Shown: positions 40,655 through 52,539, numbered from the stretch's first letter. The stretch: 64,000 nucleotides of DNA from Utricularia gibba (GCA_002189035.1 CM007989.1:3658001-3722000), one strand, 5' to 3'. Notes: generated by a model from the letters alone, not told the origin. Translations and numbers: made by a program.

Positions 40655-41982
40655 ATGGGGTCTCTCTCCAACCAATCAGCTAATGCCGGTGAAGTGAAGG
40701 GATCACCGGAGGGGAACGTGGATCCTACCCGTTTGCTCGATCTCTTCAGATGCCAGCAGAAGTACATCAATCATTTCTTCCAGAATCTTGATCTCTCCCA
40801 GACGCTGATCTTCGCGCAAACGCTCTTAAATGCTAAAGGTACCGTTTTTTTCTCCGGCGTTGGGAAATCCGGCTTTGTGGCACAGAAAATTTCGCAGACA
40901 CTCGTCTCCCTCGGAATCAAATCTGCGTTTTTATCCCCGTTGACGCACTTCATGGAGACATCGGCATTTTGACGGCCATGGATTTGTTGGTTCTTTTCAG
41001 TAAGAGCGGCAATACAGAGGAGCTTTTGAGACTTGTTCCCTGTGCTAAGGCGAAGGGAGTCTATTTGATTTCTGTGACTTCTGTGAAGCCTAATGGTTTG
41101 ACGGGTGTTTGTGATCTGAATGTGCATTTGCCGCTGGAACGTGAGCTTTGTCCTTTCGATCTTGCGCCAGTGACATCGACGGCGATTCAGATGGTTTTTG
41201 GGGACACGGTGGCGATTGCACTTATGGAGGCGAGGAACTTGAGCAAAGAAGAGTATGCTGCTAACCATCCTGCTGGGAGGATTGGAAAAAGTTTGATATT
41301 CAAGGTGGGGGTTCTTTCCTTTTATAGCATTCCGCTTGATTTGCATTTGGTTGGAGATTTTCTTGAAGAAACATTGATCATAAATGTCACCATTACTGTA
41401 TTCGGTGTTACCATGATTCCTTTAAACGTCATTCCTGAGTAAGAGCTTGTGTTAAGAAAAAGGCAATTGCAGAAAAGATTGCGACATGCAGTTCTTTGCA
41501 TTTGGTTTCTGTGAAGTCCTCTTATGAATCTAATCAACAGGTAAAGGATCTTATGAAGAAAAGAGAAGAGCTCCCCATCTGCGGGGAACATGATCTGATC
41601 ATGGATCAGCTGGTGGAGCTGTCAAGCAAGGGCTTTGGCTGTCTTCTTGTAGTAGACGATGACTATCACTTGTTGGGCACTTTCACCGACGGAGATCTAC
41701 GGCGAACATTGAAAGCGAGCGGTGAGGCAATCTTCAAGCTGAAAGTTGGAGAGATGTGCAACAGGTACACAAATCAAAGCGCAATAGTCATCACTGATAC
41801 CCAGCTAATATGGAATCGATTTCAGGAACCCGAGAACCATACACCCTGAGGCAATGGCAGTTGACGCAATGCAGAAGATGGAGTCTCCACCATCAGCTGT
41901 GCAGTTTTTGCCAGTCGTCAGTGGGGACAATGCAGTGATTGGTATCGTTACATTGCACGGCTTGGTCTCTGCTGGCCTCTAG
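40655..41982 (+). CDS. SETH3: D-arabinose 5-phosphate isomerase (KdsD/GutQ family, SIS + CBS domains; Kdo synthesis); one apparent -1 C error at 40935-40938
   Basis: [23 protein letters not shown], [P][66 protein letters not shown]. Confidence 0.94.
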
Positions 41983-42296
41983 TTTTCCATCGTAAAACTA
42001 CATCCTTCTGTTATTCTTGGTATTCTTTCATACTTCCAAAAAGAAGAAAACTTTGAATCCAGAAGTACTTGTCAATGGCCTGCCTTTCTTAGCATGTGTA
42101 TGTACTGCAGTTTGCTATGTTCACTTTCATTTGAGAAAAGTCTGTTTTTAACATGTTAATTAATCATACCCAGTTGTAGCCATGAAGGTCAGTGGTCGTC
42201 CTCACAAGAGTTTCTTCCATGGCATTTGTCGTGTCGCCTCCATATAAACTAGGGTTCTTGGTCGTCGAGGTCAATTTGGAGATAAAATATATCTTA

Positions 42297-42356
42297 AAAA
42301 TGTAATCTTGAAATCTCTATATAATCCAAAATGTAATCTTGAGATCTGTATGTAAT
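42297..42356. repeat. 31-bp tandem duplication (2 copies)
   Basis: AAAATGTAATCTTGAAATCTCTATATAAT and AAAATGTAATCTTGAGATCTGTATGTAAT, period 31. Confidence 0.8.
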
Positions 42357-42458
42357 GACTTGACTATCTATTTTAAAAATCATTGTCTGAAAGATCAGCT
42401 GATTGACGGAAAACTGCTAAAATTTGTTATCAGGATGAAATAGAAGCAACAGAATTTT

Positions 42459-44564
42459 ATGGAGTGTGTTTTTTTGCAGTCGTCACGGCGGCCGCCGCTA
42501 ACCGGCGCTGCGCCTCCGTATCCTCTGTTGTCTGCAATTTGCAGAATCGAATCCTTCGAACACGGGAAGCCTTCGACTCTGGCCTTTCGCGCGTTTCCAG
42601 TAAGTACATCTGACTTTTTTTGTCTCAAGCTCCGAGTGTTGCCTCCTCCGCGAACTGATAGAAGTTTTTGACCTGAAGCTTCTGCAGACTTCACCGACGA
42701 TAAGCAGTTACAGCATTCTTGCTTCAAGGGTCCCGTTAAGGCCTTCCTTTGCATTCATTTCAAGGAACTCTTATGGTATTCGTCGAATTTCCTGCTAATT
42801 ACCTGTTGCTTTTCTTCTCTGTGGGGAAAGGTGAAGTGTAGGTTTTGCGTATTGCTATTCAAGTTACTATGGCTTTTCCTGCCAGAGGGCCAGAGCAGCG
42901 ACGTGTACGACCAAGAGCTCCGATCAGTTCTTGAACTTGCCACCGACTCAGAATTATATGAACTTGAAAGAATCTTATTTGGTGCCAGGTGATTCATATT
43001 TATATTTGAAACATGGTGTTCCGTGGGAATTGTGGGTTCATTTTTGCTTGCTGATGCCAAGCTATTACCCTGTGCAGCTATTTCAGTCCATTGTTGAAAT
43101 CAATTGGACAGAGAGCTGATGTTGATCATATCATGATTGAGGAAGATCCAGATGAGAGGGAACGTTTCATTTCAATGCTGGAATCACGATTTTTTTATCT
43201 CGCAGCTGATGCACGGTCAATATTGAGGTCATTTTGCCACTCTTGCTGGATGCTGCTGAAAGTGTGCTGCTGTATACATGGTTTTTGAATGAATAGGTTT
43301 TCTACTCTGCATCCCTTGTTTCCCCAAGATCAAAATCTGGTGTTCTTAATATTTCAGGGGATGGAGACCATCATACAGAAATGTGTTGCTTGGAGTGAGA
43401 AAAATGTTGAATATACCTTGTTCTGCCAAGCTATCCTCTGAAGGTCTGGAAGTCGAGATTTTTCTTCACCTCACGAATTACTCAAGGTAGACGTGGTAAC
43501 TGAAAAGGAGCCTGTGCTGTTTTACACTACATGGCTTTCCAATCAACATCTTGGCATTACCTACTTTCCTTTCTTTAGTGAAGAAAGTGGATTGTTTAGT
43601 GGAGCTGAAGATAGCTCAAGGAACCGTGGTGCATCTAATAACCTCGAGCTAGGTCTCAGCCAGTGGAAGCTACAAAAACTTGCAGGTCTAGGAATCGGAG
43701 CAGCAGAGCTCCGTGCAGTAATGCTGAAGGTTCAGTTTGATTCTCTGTCGGTTGTTTAGCCTACTACCCTTCTGCCAACTTAATTTTCTTGCTTTTTATA
43801 CTGAAGAGTGGGGGAGTGCTTGCGGTAACGCAACTACTGGAACTGGTGAGGCACTGCACCTTGATCCATATAGATTCAGGCTTACTCTGAGAATCCTGAA
43901 GCAGCATAGCTGCATGTACCTCACTGCAGTTTGGAGGCAGGTTGTCAGGGAAGATGGCGTTGGAACTAGCTAAGTATCATACGAAGAAGGAACTGTTGAA
44001 GAAGGTTTGAACACGGTATCGCGTCTGGCTGCATATTAGTTACACGCTCTTATGTAAAGCATTCGCCTTTGATTTCAGTGTGGGCAGTTGGCGGCGATCA
44101 ATCTTGAATCAGCAGCAGCATTGGTTGCTGCTAAGCAGGTGCCTTGTCGTTCATACATTTTATGCCCATTTTACATTACTTCAGTTTACAGAAGCTTGAT
44201 TCTTGGACACAGGGGCTGAAAGCTGCCGCACTTCGATATCTGGGGCTCAGGAGCGTCGCCCAGTTGCTCGGGCCGCTGTAAGATCATCCGTTCCTGTGTC
44301 ATCGTTTCGTGGTTTTCCGGCGATGATTGATGGGTGTGTTTTGCAGGATGTGGGGCAACTTGTTAGCAGATTTAGTCATCCAGATGCTTGGAACAGACCA
44401 TGCAAGGATCCTGAGAGCCATTTACGCTTTGGCTCAGGTAACAGCACACCCCTCCACAGATTCAGACTGCCCTGAAACCTCAAAGTTGGAATTTTTCACC
44501 CCTTTCTCGGCGTTTCCAGATACGAATCTACCGCTCGCACGATACATCGTCGGACAGAGCTTGA
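42459..44564 (+). CDS. Conserved uncharacterised multi-exon protein with probable transit peptide (resembles At1g73470 as recalled)
   Basis: GT-AG exon chain giving YDQELRSVLELATDSELYELERILFG, SYFSPLLKSI, LESRFFYLAADARS, GWRPSYRNVLL, QLAAINLESAAALVAAK, MWGNLLADLVIQMLGTDHARILRAIYALAQ | IRIYRSHDTSSDRA*. Confidence 0.82.
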
Positions 44565-45066
44565 ACTGGGCTCAAAGGGATCAAGAAATCCAGCGACTCC
44601 CCGTCCACGCTCACTCCGGCGAGACGGTCAGCAGTCTGCTACATTATGGGCTCCTTTTTAGACCGTGTGTGGCCCAATGGGCTCGACAAGTTCTGAACAT
44701 GACGATGACCACCGCTAAATAGAAAGCAACGTGTGGTGTGGGACCCACACCTTCCTAATTTGTATAGTCCTTTTCCGCCTACGTCATCTCTGGGGGATAT
44801 TTAACATGATAAAATTATAATACCAATATTTTAAGTTTCGATTAATATAAATAATTTAATGCATAAATTTAAAAATTGCAAAAAAAAAACCTTCAAGTTA
44901 CTAAAATATTGTAATTAAGATTCAAATAATTTTCAAAATTTTTAAAAATTAAACTAATTCATGATGTTGTGAATCGTTTTTTATTTCAAATCCAACAATA
45001 TTTTGCATTAAAGTTTTTCGTATTTGCATATGAATTTCAATGAATCAAACGATATCCCTGTTAAGT

Positions 45067-45185
45067 TTATATCACGTTTGTGTATCGTATAATTCAAAAT
45101 ATTGATGGTTATATCGCGTTTATATCTTATATGATTCAATTTGATGATGATTATATCACGTTTCATATAATGCACTGTTATAATG
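45067..45185. repeat. Degenerate 42-bp tandem repeat (about 3 units) in AT-rich intergenic DNA
   Basis: Units begin TTATATCACGTTT, TTATATCGCGTTT and TTATATCACGTTT at 45067, 45109 and 45151; units 1 and 2 match at 30 of 42 positions. Confidence 0.75.
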
Positions 45186-46790
45186 TCTTTAAGATCAAAA
45201 CTATTTAGTTTTGCTAAAATAAGGAATCTATGATGTAATTTTATAAGTTTGGAGTACAAATGTTTATAAAAAATGTAAATTGAATGATATATATTGAATT
45301 TTGAAACTTGAAAATTAAAATATTTATATTAGTAACTTGGATGTCGCCCACTAAATCCACCCTATTTAATATATATTTATTTTGTTCAAGTACACCCTAA
45401 TTTGCAAAGTAAATAATAAAAAATAAAAAATTGTGTAATAATGTTTCGGAATCATAAGTTTCAACTCTAATGTAATGGGAAAGTAAACTGATTAAAAAAA
45501 ACATATTTTTTATTAAATAAAAAAGTCAATAAAAATGGTGGGGCCCATGGAGGCCGGCATTTAGGCACGCTTCAAGGCTATCTCTGCCCGTCTTCCCGTG
45601 GTAGATAGGCTATGCGGATGGACATATTTATTAGATTATCTGCTATATTTTTTTATTTTAAATGGAATTTAATAAACAATATAAATATGTAATAATAATT
45701 TTTAATGTGTAATACTTTTTATAGTAAGAATAAGACAACTTCACACCGTTGTCGTGTCGTGGTTGACCCGTCCCATTCCCTCCTCGTTTTTTTTCTTTGG
45801 CGCCAATGTCCATGCATGCATCTATTCATGTCCCCTGAAAAATTTATTGATGTGGTTGCATTATTTTCTTGAATCGCAGACTATTTGTAATTAAAAAAGT
45901 TTAAAAAAAGTTACAAGTTGAAGCTATTACACAAGTGGAGAAGCATATAGTACAATAATCGTGTTCTGGAAGATGGATATAATGCAATAAAGTATTGAAA
46001 AGGGTATTCATTTGGTGTTGTTAATTTATCGCAGCGGGAGATCCATTCCAGTGTCGGTTTTTTCTCATTTACTGTGGGTCAGGTAAACTTGTTCTTTGGT
46101 GAAGGATTATGTTTTGTTTTTCAGACGGGGTTTGGTTTCTGGTTGGGGAGATAATGGGTGTTGGATTCAGTTGGGGGGGATTCGATTTTTTTAACTTGAT
46201 TTGATGGGTTTAGACATTAGCGATGCGGGCTTGTGTAAAGTCTGTGCATTCATTGTTGTGGGATTTCTTATTGGTTATCTTGAATTGTTGTGGGGTTATG
46301 TACTGTGAAGATCTTGGAGAAGTTTTAGATTTTATATTATCATGCATTGTAAAGAATCCATTTTTAATTTGGATTCGAGCCGTGCTCTCTCAGTCCCAGA
46401 ACAATAAGCCAGAAATCATTGTCCCCACATTCTTGATTTCTTTATTTGTACAACTGCCAAAGGAAATGCCTATCATGCAATATTTTATACGGGTGGATTA
46501 TTTAACTCTCTAGATGTCCGGATTCTTTATCAAGTGGGGAGATTTTCAATCGGTTTTTTTTGTCATTGCTTGATGCGATGAGATTCTCGAGGATGAGTTT
46601 TTTCAAAGCCGTATCCCACTCTGAGTTGCTGTTCTGAGATTGATTTATTATGCTCGTGTTGTGAACCCTCACCTGTGCTTGGACTTTGTGTTCTGATTCT
46701 TGTTTTTCTCTGGTTGAGTAATCTTTTCAGCGTTTTTCATCAACTGGATCTGCTCTCTGCTTGGCGCTGTGCCCCCAGAAGTTGAATGAG

Positions 46791-47838
46791 ATGCTGTGGT
46801 CATTTTCAAACAAGAGCTCTGGTCCTCAGTTCTTATCTTTCAATGGCTCTCAAACTGAAAGGGCTATGATCCATTTTGATTCTCTCCCGTCATCTCGATT
46901 CGATATCGATGAATCCGATAGCAACAATTATCCTGCATCACAGGTAGCCTATGAGACTGACTTTCTTTTTGGAAGGATCTTTGTTTAGCTAATAGCTAAT
47001 AGCATTTTTCTTGATTATCTCTATTGTTTGTCGAACTCAGATAGCTTCGATTCTCGAGAGACGAGGGGGTCTTCCATGTTCAGCCACAACCTCACTTCCC
47101 ATTCACCGTTCCCTGCGTCTTGGTCAGAATCCGCTCATTTCTTCAACTCCACAGCACCATGCCGGAGTTCCGGCAATGACTTCTGTTTGTCTTAAAAGCC
47201 CTTTTGTCGCAACAACAGATGTAAGGTATGATATTAGCGTTTCTTGTGGGCTAGTCTTTTTACTGTCGGCAGAATGCGCTCGATTTCTGTTTCATAGAAC
47301 AAACATAGACGGGTTTGGGGTTTATCTTTATTTGGGTTTAGAAATTTAACAACAAGCAGCTTAAAGCATTCGAAACCCGCTTTCTGTTCTTCCCAGGAGT
47401 GACTCTAAGATCTCAGCAGCTCCCTCCGGCCAGCTAACGATCTTTTACAATGGCTCTGTGTCGGTCTACGACAACATTAGTCCTGAAAAGGTGGTTCCCC
47501 CCCGAATCCAACATGCTTCTCAGATGGGTTGCGTACACTCTCTGATGGTGTTGTTGTGGTTGCAGGCTCAGGCGATCATGTTACTTGCCGGGAACGAAGC
47601 TCCTGCAGCGGCTCCCCTCACTGCCCCTGAACCGGTGACATCCCGATTGACGTTGGCTCAGCCTCGCTGTTCACATCTCGAATCCAACAGCCATGACTCC
47701 GGTGCTACCAAACGCTATGAAGTTCTTGATGAGTGCCGCCTGATGCATTCCAAGGGAGTTTTTGTTGTTCCCACAAGACAGTTTTCAGGGGCCGTTTCGC
47801 AATGCCGCGGGTTTATTGAAAAACGCCGGAAGATATAA
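46791..47838 (+). CDS. JAZ3: TIFY/JAZ protein, JAZ3/JAZ4 clade, with a degenerate Jas motif
   Basis: WSFSNKSSGPQFLSF matches the JAZ3-type N-terminal WSFSNK...QFLSF. ZIM domain GQLTIFYNGSVSVYDNISPEK | AQAIMLLAGN (TIFY at 47437-47454). Terminal exon GAVSQCRGFIEKRRKI*. Confidence 0.85.
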
Positions 47839-47940
47839 CGAGAATAACGATGATGTGAGTAGTGATGGATCAGAAAGCTGTTTCGTTGTTTAGGATGGAT
47901 GATGAAGATGGCTGAGTTGGTTGTAGCGGCAAGAGATGAC

Positions 47941-47985
47941 CAACAATTCTTTCTTCATAATCTGGACCAATAATTCTTTCTTCAT
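47941..47985. repeat. 27-bp period direct repeat
   Basis: CAACAATTCTTTCTTCAT (47941) and CAATAATTCTTTCTTCAT (47968). Confidence 0.75.
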
Positions 47986-48331
47986 GCGAAAATAACACAT
48001 CAAATCGGGGAATTTTCCGATGCACCTGAACATGGCCCGGTTACCATACATTGATGGGCCTAGAATACAATGCAACCCATTCTAAAAGTGGACCCTTGGA
48101 GCCACATTTGTTGGTTTTCGCTCAACTCATTGCCTTCTTCGTGGGCCGTGGCTGCTCCAAGACGAGTTCAATCGTGGCGCGATTCAGCAAGTTTCAGTCT
48201 CTGATTTCATTTCAGTGAAAAGATGGCAACGGTTGGTTGCTACGTTCCGGGAGAGGATAACATTTGGGCATAAAGTTAAGCAATGGGTGCCGTCGCTTTT
48301 CCTTGTGAAGCTGAAGGAATTACCATCAGCG

Positions 48332-49876
48332 ATGGCAGCAAACGCCATCTCTCCTCCACTCACAGCGTCCCCAAAGAGCTTCCTCACCGATCAGACACAT
48401 TGGTCGCCGTCGCTTTCCTCCTCCGTGCGTCTCGGAGGCTTACGATATTCCCATCTGCCCATCAAGACAAGAGCTTTGAATCGAAGGGGTGGGTTCAGGG
48501 GAACGAAGCGCATCGTTTCCGCTTCGCTGTCGGCTCTCCCCGAAGCCCTTTTGTTCGATTGCGATGGGGTTCTGGTGGACACCGAGAAAGATGGCCATCG
48601 CGTATCGTTCAACGATACCTTTGATGAGGTACTCACTTCTGCCCCCTTTCTATGTTTGAGCTGAAGGCTGGTGCTGATTGAACTTCACATTCTGAAACGC
48701 AGAAAGAATTGGGAGTTACATGGGATGTGGACTTGTATGGAGAGTTGCTGAAAATTGGGGGAGGAAAAGAGAGGTAATTAATGAGCATTGAAGGTGAATG
48801 CTACCTCAGTTGGCCTGTTTTCACTCTGCTTACTGTAATGTGGATCCAACATAACATACTTTGGATCAGGATGACTGCTTACTTCAACAAAGTCGGCTGG
48901 CCGGAAAAGGCGCCGAGGAGCGAAGAGGAAAGAAGGGAGTTCATAGCATCACTTCACAAGAGAAAGACACAGCTTTTCATGGTACTAATAGAGAAGAAGC
49001 TGCTGCCTCTTCGCCCTGGAGTCGCGAGGTAAGCCCCTACAGATCTTGATTCATTCAGCTTTTGTAGATAATTTGCTTGTTCGTTGTTCTCTGGCAGTAA
49101 TGTCTGTAGCCTTCAACAGATTAGTTGATCAGGCTCTGGCAAGTGGAGTTAGAGTTGCTGTCTGCAGTACTTCAAATGAGAAAGCAGTATGATAATCAGG
49201 CTCCTTTGTGTATAATGCTGCATGAGAATCTAACTCAGGCGAACCTTTTTTTTTTTGGCATGTTTCATAGGTCTCTGCTGTAGTGTCATTCTTGTTAGGA
49301 CCAGAACGAGCAGAGAAGATCCAAATATTTGCAGGAGATGTTGTTCCTCGTAAGAAACCGGATCCGGTAAGACTCTGATCCTACAAAGGACAGTTCTTGA
49401 TGTTAAATAAAGCATCAGAATCAAATGCAGAAACCTTATGTGTATCATACTTCACTGCAGGCCATTTATCTCCTAGCTGCAGAAACTCTCGGAGTTGATC
49501 CTTCCAGGTTTACTCTTCACTTGAAGAAGGCGAAAGCATCAAAACCGTGATCAATTCTAACATGGGGCTTCCTGTTTTACTGAACGCAGCTGTGTCGTAG
49601 TGGAAGACAGTGCCATCGGTCTTCAAGCTGCGAAAGCAGCAGGCATGAAGTGTATAGTTACAAAGAGTGGGTAAGTAGATCAAAGCTTAAACCAAACCAT
49701 CCAAACCCTGTTCTTGTTGTTCTTGACTCGTTCTGCATCTTCTCACTTTCAGGTACACCGGTGATGAAGATTTCGTGAATGCAGATGCAGTTTTCGATTG
49801 CATCGGTGACCCACCGGAGGAGCGCTTTGACCTATCCTTCTGTGGTATCCTTCTCCAGAAACAGTTTGTTAGTTGA
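48332..49876 (+). CDS. CBBY: CbbY-like HAD hydrolase (xylulose-1,5-bisphosphate phosphatase type), chloroplastic
   Basis: Transit peptide, then ALLFDCDGVLVDTEKDGHRVSFN, LLKIGGGKERMTAYF, LPLRPGVA, AVCSTSNEKA, FAGDVVPRKKPDP, VVVEDSAIGL, ends LSFCGILLQKQFVS*. Confidence 0.94.
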
Positions 49877-50366
49877 TGACCAGCACTCACATTACACAAT
49901 CCATGAATCCAGTTACATACAACACCATCGAAGCAAATCTTACCATAAGAAGCATCCTCTTAAGTTGGCGAATTTAGCAGTGAAACAACAACGATCAATG
50001 AACTCCATGTGGATGATATACTAAGGTCTAACCCAATCCAACCGATTTGCCTTACACTGACGAGTTTTGAAATTTTGAACAACTTCCTCAGACTGTACAG
50101 GCCGAGTAATTTATCCACCCGGTCCAAGATCAACACCTGAACAACGCATGATCGCACACATTCAATCCCGACGGAATACTCAACTCCGACCGGAGTACCT
50201 ACGCGGAGTGATTTCGATTCGTTAAACCGGAGACGCCTGTCCTTCGAGCTCTCGAAGAATCGGCAGAAAACCTGCAAACGCACGTCGGCTGCAAAAGAAG
50301 AAAATTGGTATAACCGTTCCATAAATATTTTTATTAAAAAAATTAAATGCATTTTTCCTGTGAGTT

Positions 50367-50436
50367 TGGGCCTGGCCACAGACACTAGGTAGAAAAAGCC
50401 CAATTTAGTTTAAACGGCTCATTTCGGCCCGGCCCA
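50367..50436. promoter_or_regulatory. Site II cluster with no assigned downstream protein-coding gene
   Basis: TGGGCC (50367), AGCCCA (50397) and GGCCCA (50431). Confidence 0.55.
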
Positions 50437-52539
50437 TTTAAATGAATCGTCTCTACAATCTACATCCCATCTCTGTGCTTGATCCCAGACAAATTGAAGT
50501 TGGCTTTTGTCTCTCTTGTGTTTTGTCTGAGAACAGAGTAATTCCATACAAAATGTGTTTTGTTTTCAAGATGTGGGGGGAGTGCGATGGATGACGGGTC
50601 AGATCACCATGTGCATATGGCCCACGCCAACCCAATCGACAAGCATCATGTGCTCAAATCGCCCCCTCAGGTCAATTCTGTACCTCACTTGTCCTTCAAT
50701 TCGTGAAAGCAATCAAACTCACAATGCAATGTGACCACCCTTCTGCAAGTGCACTTATCGGAAACTACACTCCCACAAGGCAAGGCGTCAGAAGAGAGAG
50801 CTGAGTTGAGAAATGGCCACATTGTGTTGTTCTTCCTGCTGCAGCAGCCCATGTAACTGGAGTGATCGTGCTCCAAACAGTGAAATGATTTTTTTGTAAT
50901 TAGGCAAGTTGGTGGAGAGGTTTCGGTGTCAGCATCCATCAAGAAAAGGAGGGTAGCAGACACCTAACATGCCTCCCTTTGAAAGGGTATCACCCAACCT
51001 CTTCACAACGTGCAGCCTACTACCTGCGTTTCTCTGGTGTGACTCGTGCTTGTCGTTGTTACATTGTGTCTGCTCGTCGTATCAGTGTTTTGTGCACATG
51101 GGGTTCATGTGCATTATAGCCATAGGTTTAGAGCATCATTGAGGAGATGTAATAAGGGGAATCGATGCATGTGTGAGAGTTTCTGACATGGAAATCCGCA
51201 GAAGCGGACAGGGGGAAATGGGAGGGGATAGCGGCGGCTACAAGATCCACATGCGTTTTTCTCTCTTCAACTTGTTAAATTGAATGGATTTGGATTGGGA
51301 TTGGGATTGGATTCCCACGCACACAGACTATCTATTTCCATATTACAGCACGCACGTGGTTGTTTGTCTTTCCCTGAACCAATCAAGGGGTTGGCTGCAG
51401 TCACTAACTGCTTTTGTGGGTCGAATGTCCCTCTCCTAGTAAACAACGAGTCCCCATTCAATCCCCTCCACGCAAGTAAACCAGATAACTCGCAGAAGAA
51501 AAAAATCACTTCCGCGATCGGATTCCATAGAAATGAACACTGAGATGATGGTAGCAGAGGCCGATCCATCGGAGCGTGGGGAGGGGAGGATATATGTCGG
51601 GGGAGGCAACGGAGATCCGCCACGTGGAAAGATATGACGCCGGAGTGATTGGCTAACCATCAGGGCGGGATTGGCGGTTCTTATTTATGCTCCGGAGTTG
51701 GACTTTTGTGACAGACAGTCCATGTGCGTGGGGGGGCTGTCCTTTCAATTTTTAACCGACGCATCGAACCGGAAAAGTCCAGAACATTAAAAACACCCCA
51801 ACTCTTCTAGACTGGGACTCGTCCCCTTCCTCGCCGCAAACTTCACCATTACAGAACATGTATGGCGATAGAATCCACAGGCCGAGGTAAAAATACAACT
51901 GGTTTTCTCTGCGCCCCAGATCACGGGGTTTAACTTCACAGCGCCGGAAGTACCTGAGCCACCCGCACCTCCGTCGGTGGAGGCAAAAGAATGTCATAAT
52001 TGAAACCGTTACCCGGTGGCAGTAAAAAAAAAGTCGACCCACGATGCTTAAAGTTTGAATTCGGTTGGAAGTAGGTAACCGTTTTACGTGGCATGAATGA
52101 TGGCGATTAAAAGAGCCATTTTTTTCTTCAGTCAAAAGACGATCGCCACTTGCAGGCGTCTCCGCCTCGGCCCACGTTACCGTCAAGGCGGATCCCGGTA
52201 ACAGTGTACAGATACGCAGTAAATGGCTGTGTAGTAAACTTCCAAGGTTTCGGCGGCAAATGGAGAAAAAGAGGAAGATGATGATGATGGGGATTCATCA
52301 AGTGTGGGGCATTCTCTTTCAACCGCAAAACCCACGCACAGTTGAGGAGTGGGCACTCTCGTCGTAGGGTATGAAGAAGAAAGTTAGCACAGAATCAGTG
52401 CGTGGGGCTACGCCCTGACTCCATCTCTTATTTTAACTCAATAATTTTTCTGTCTTTATAAATTGCGGCTTCGTCTTCTTTATTCCGCAGTCCCCGGTGT
52501 ACCCGCTCACCAGTTTCTCGTCTCCCTCCATTTTCTACT

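Noticed and set aside
40655-41982. Horizontal transfer of bacterial LPS-pathway gene kdsD
   Set aside because: The gene has spliceosomal introns, and plants natively make Kdo for rhamnogalacturonan II.
45008-45259. 83-aa ORF with KRDI repeats
   Set aside because: It is the translation of the 42-bp tandem repeat in very AT-rich DNA, not a credible protein.
51095-51113. Short perfect hairpin GCACATG-GGGTT-CATGTGC as part of a miRNA precursor
   Set aside because: The 7-bp stem does not extend and is expected by chance.
51213-51236. miR390-like sequence (GGAGGGGATAGCG) suggesting a TAS3 locus
   Set aside because: The match lacks the 5' seed portion, has an extra G, and no tasiARF sequence or second miR390 site is present.
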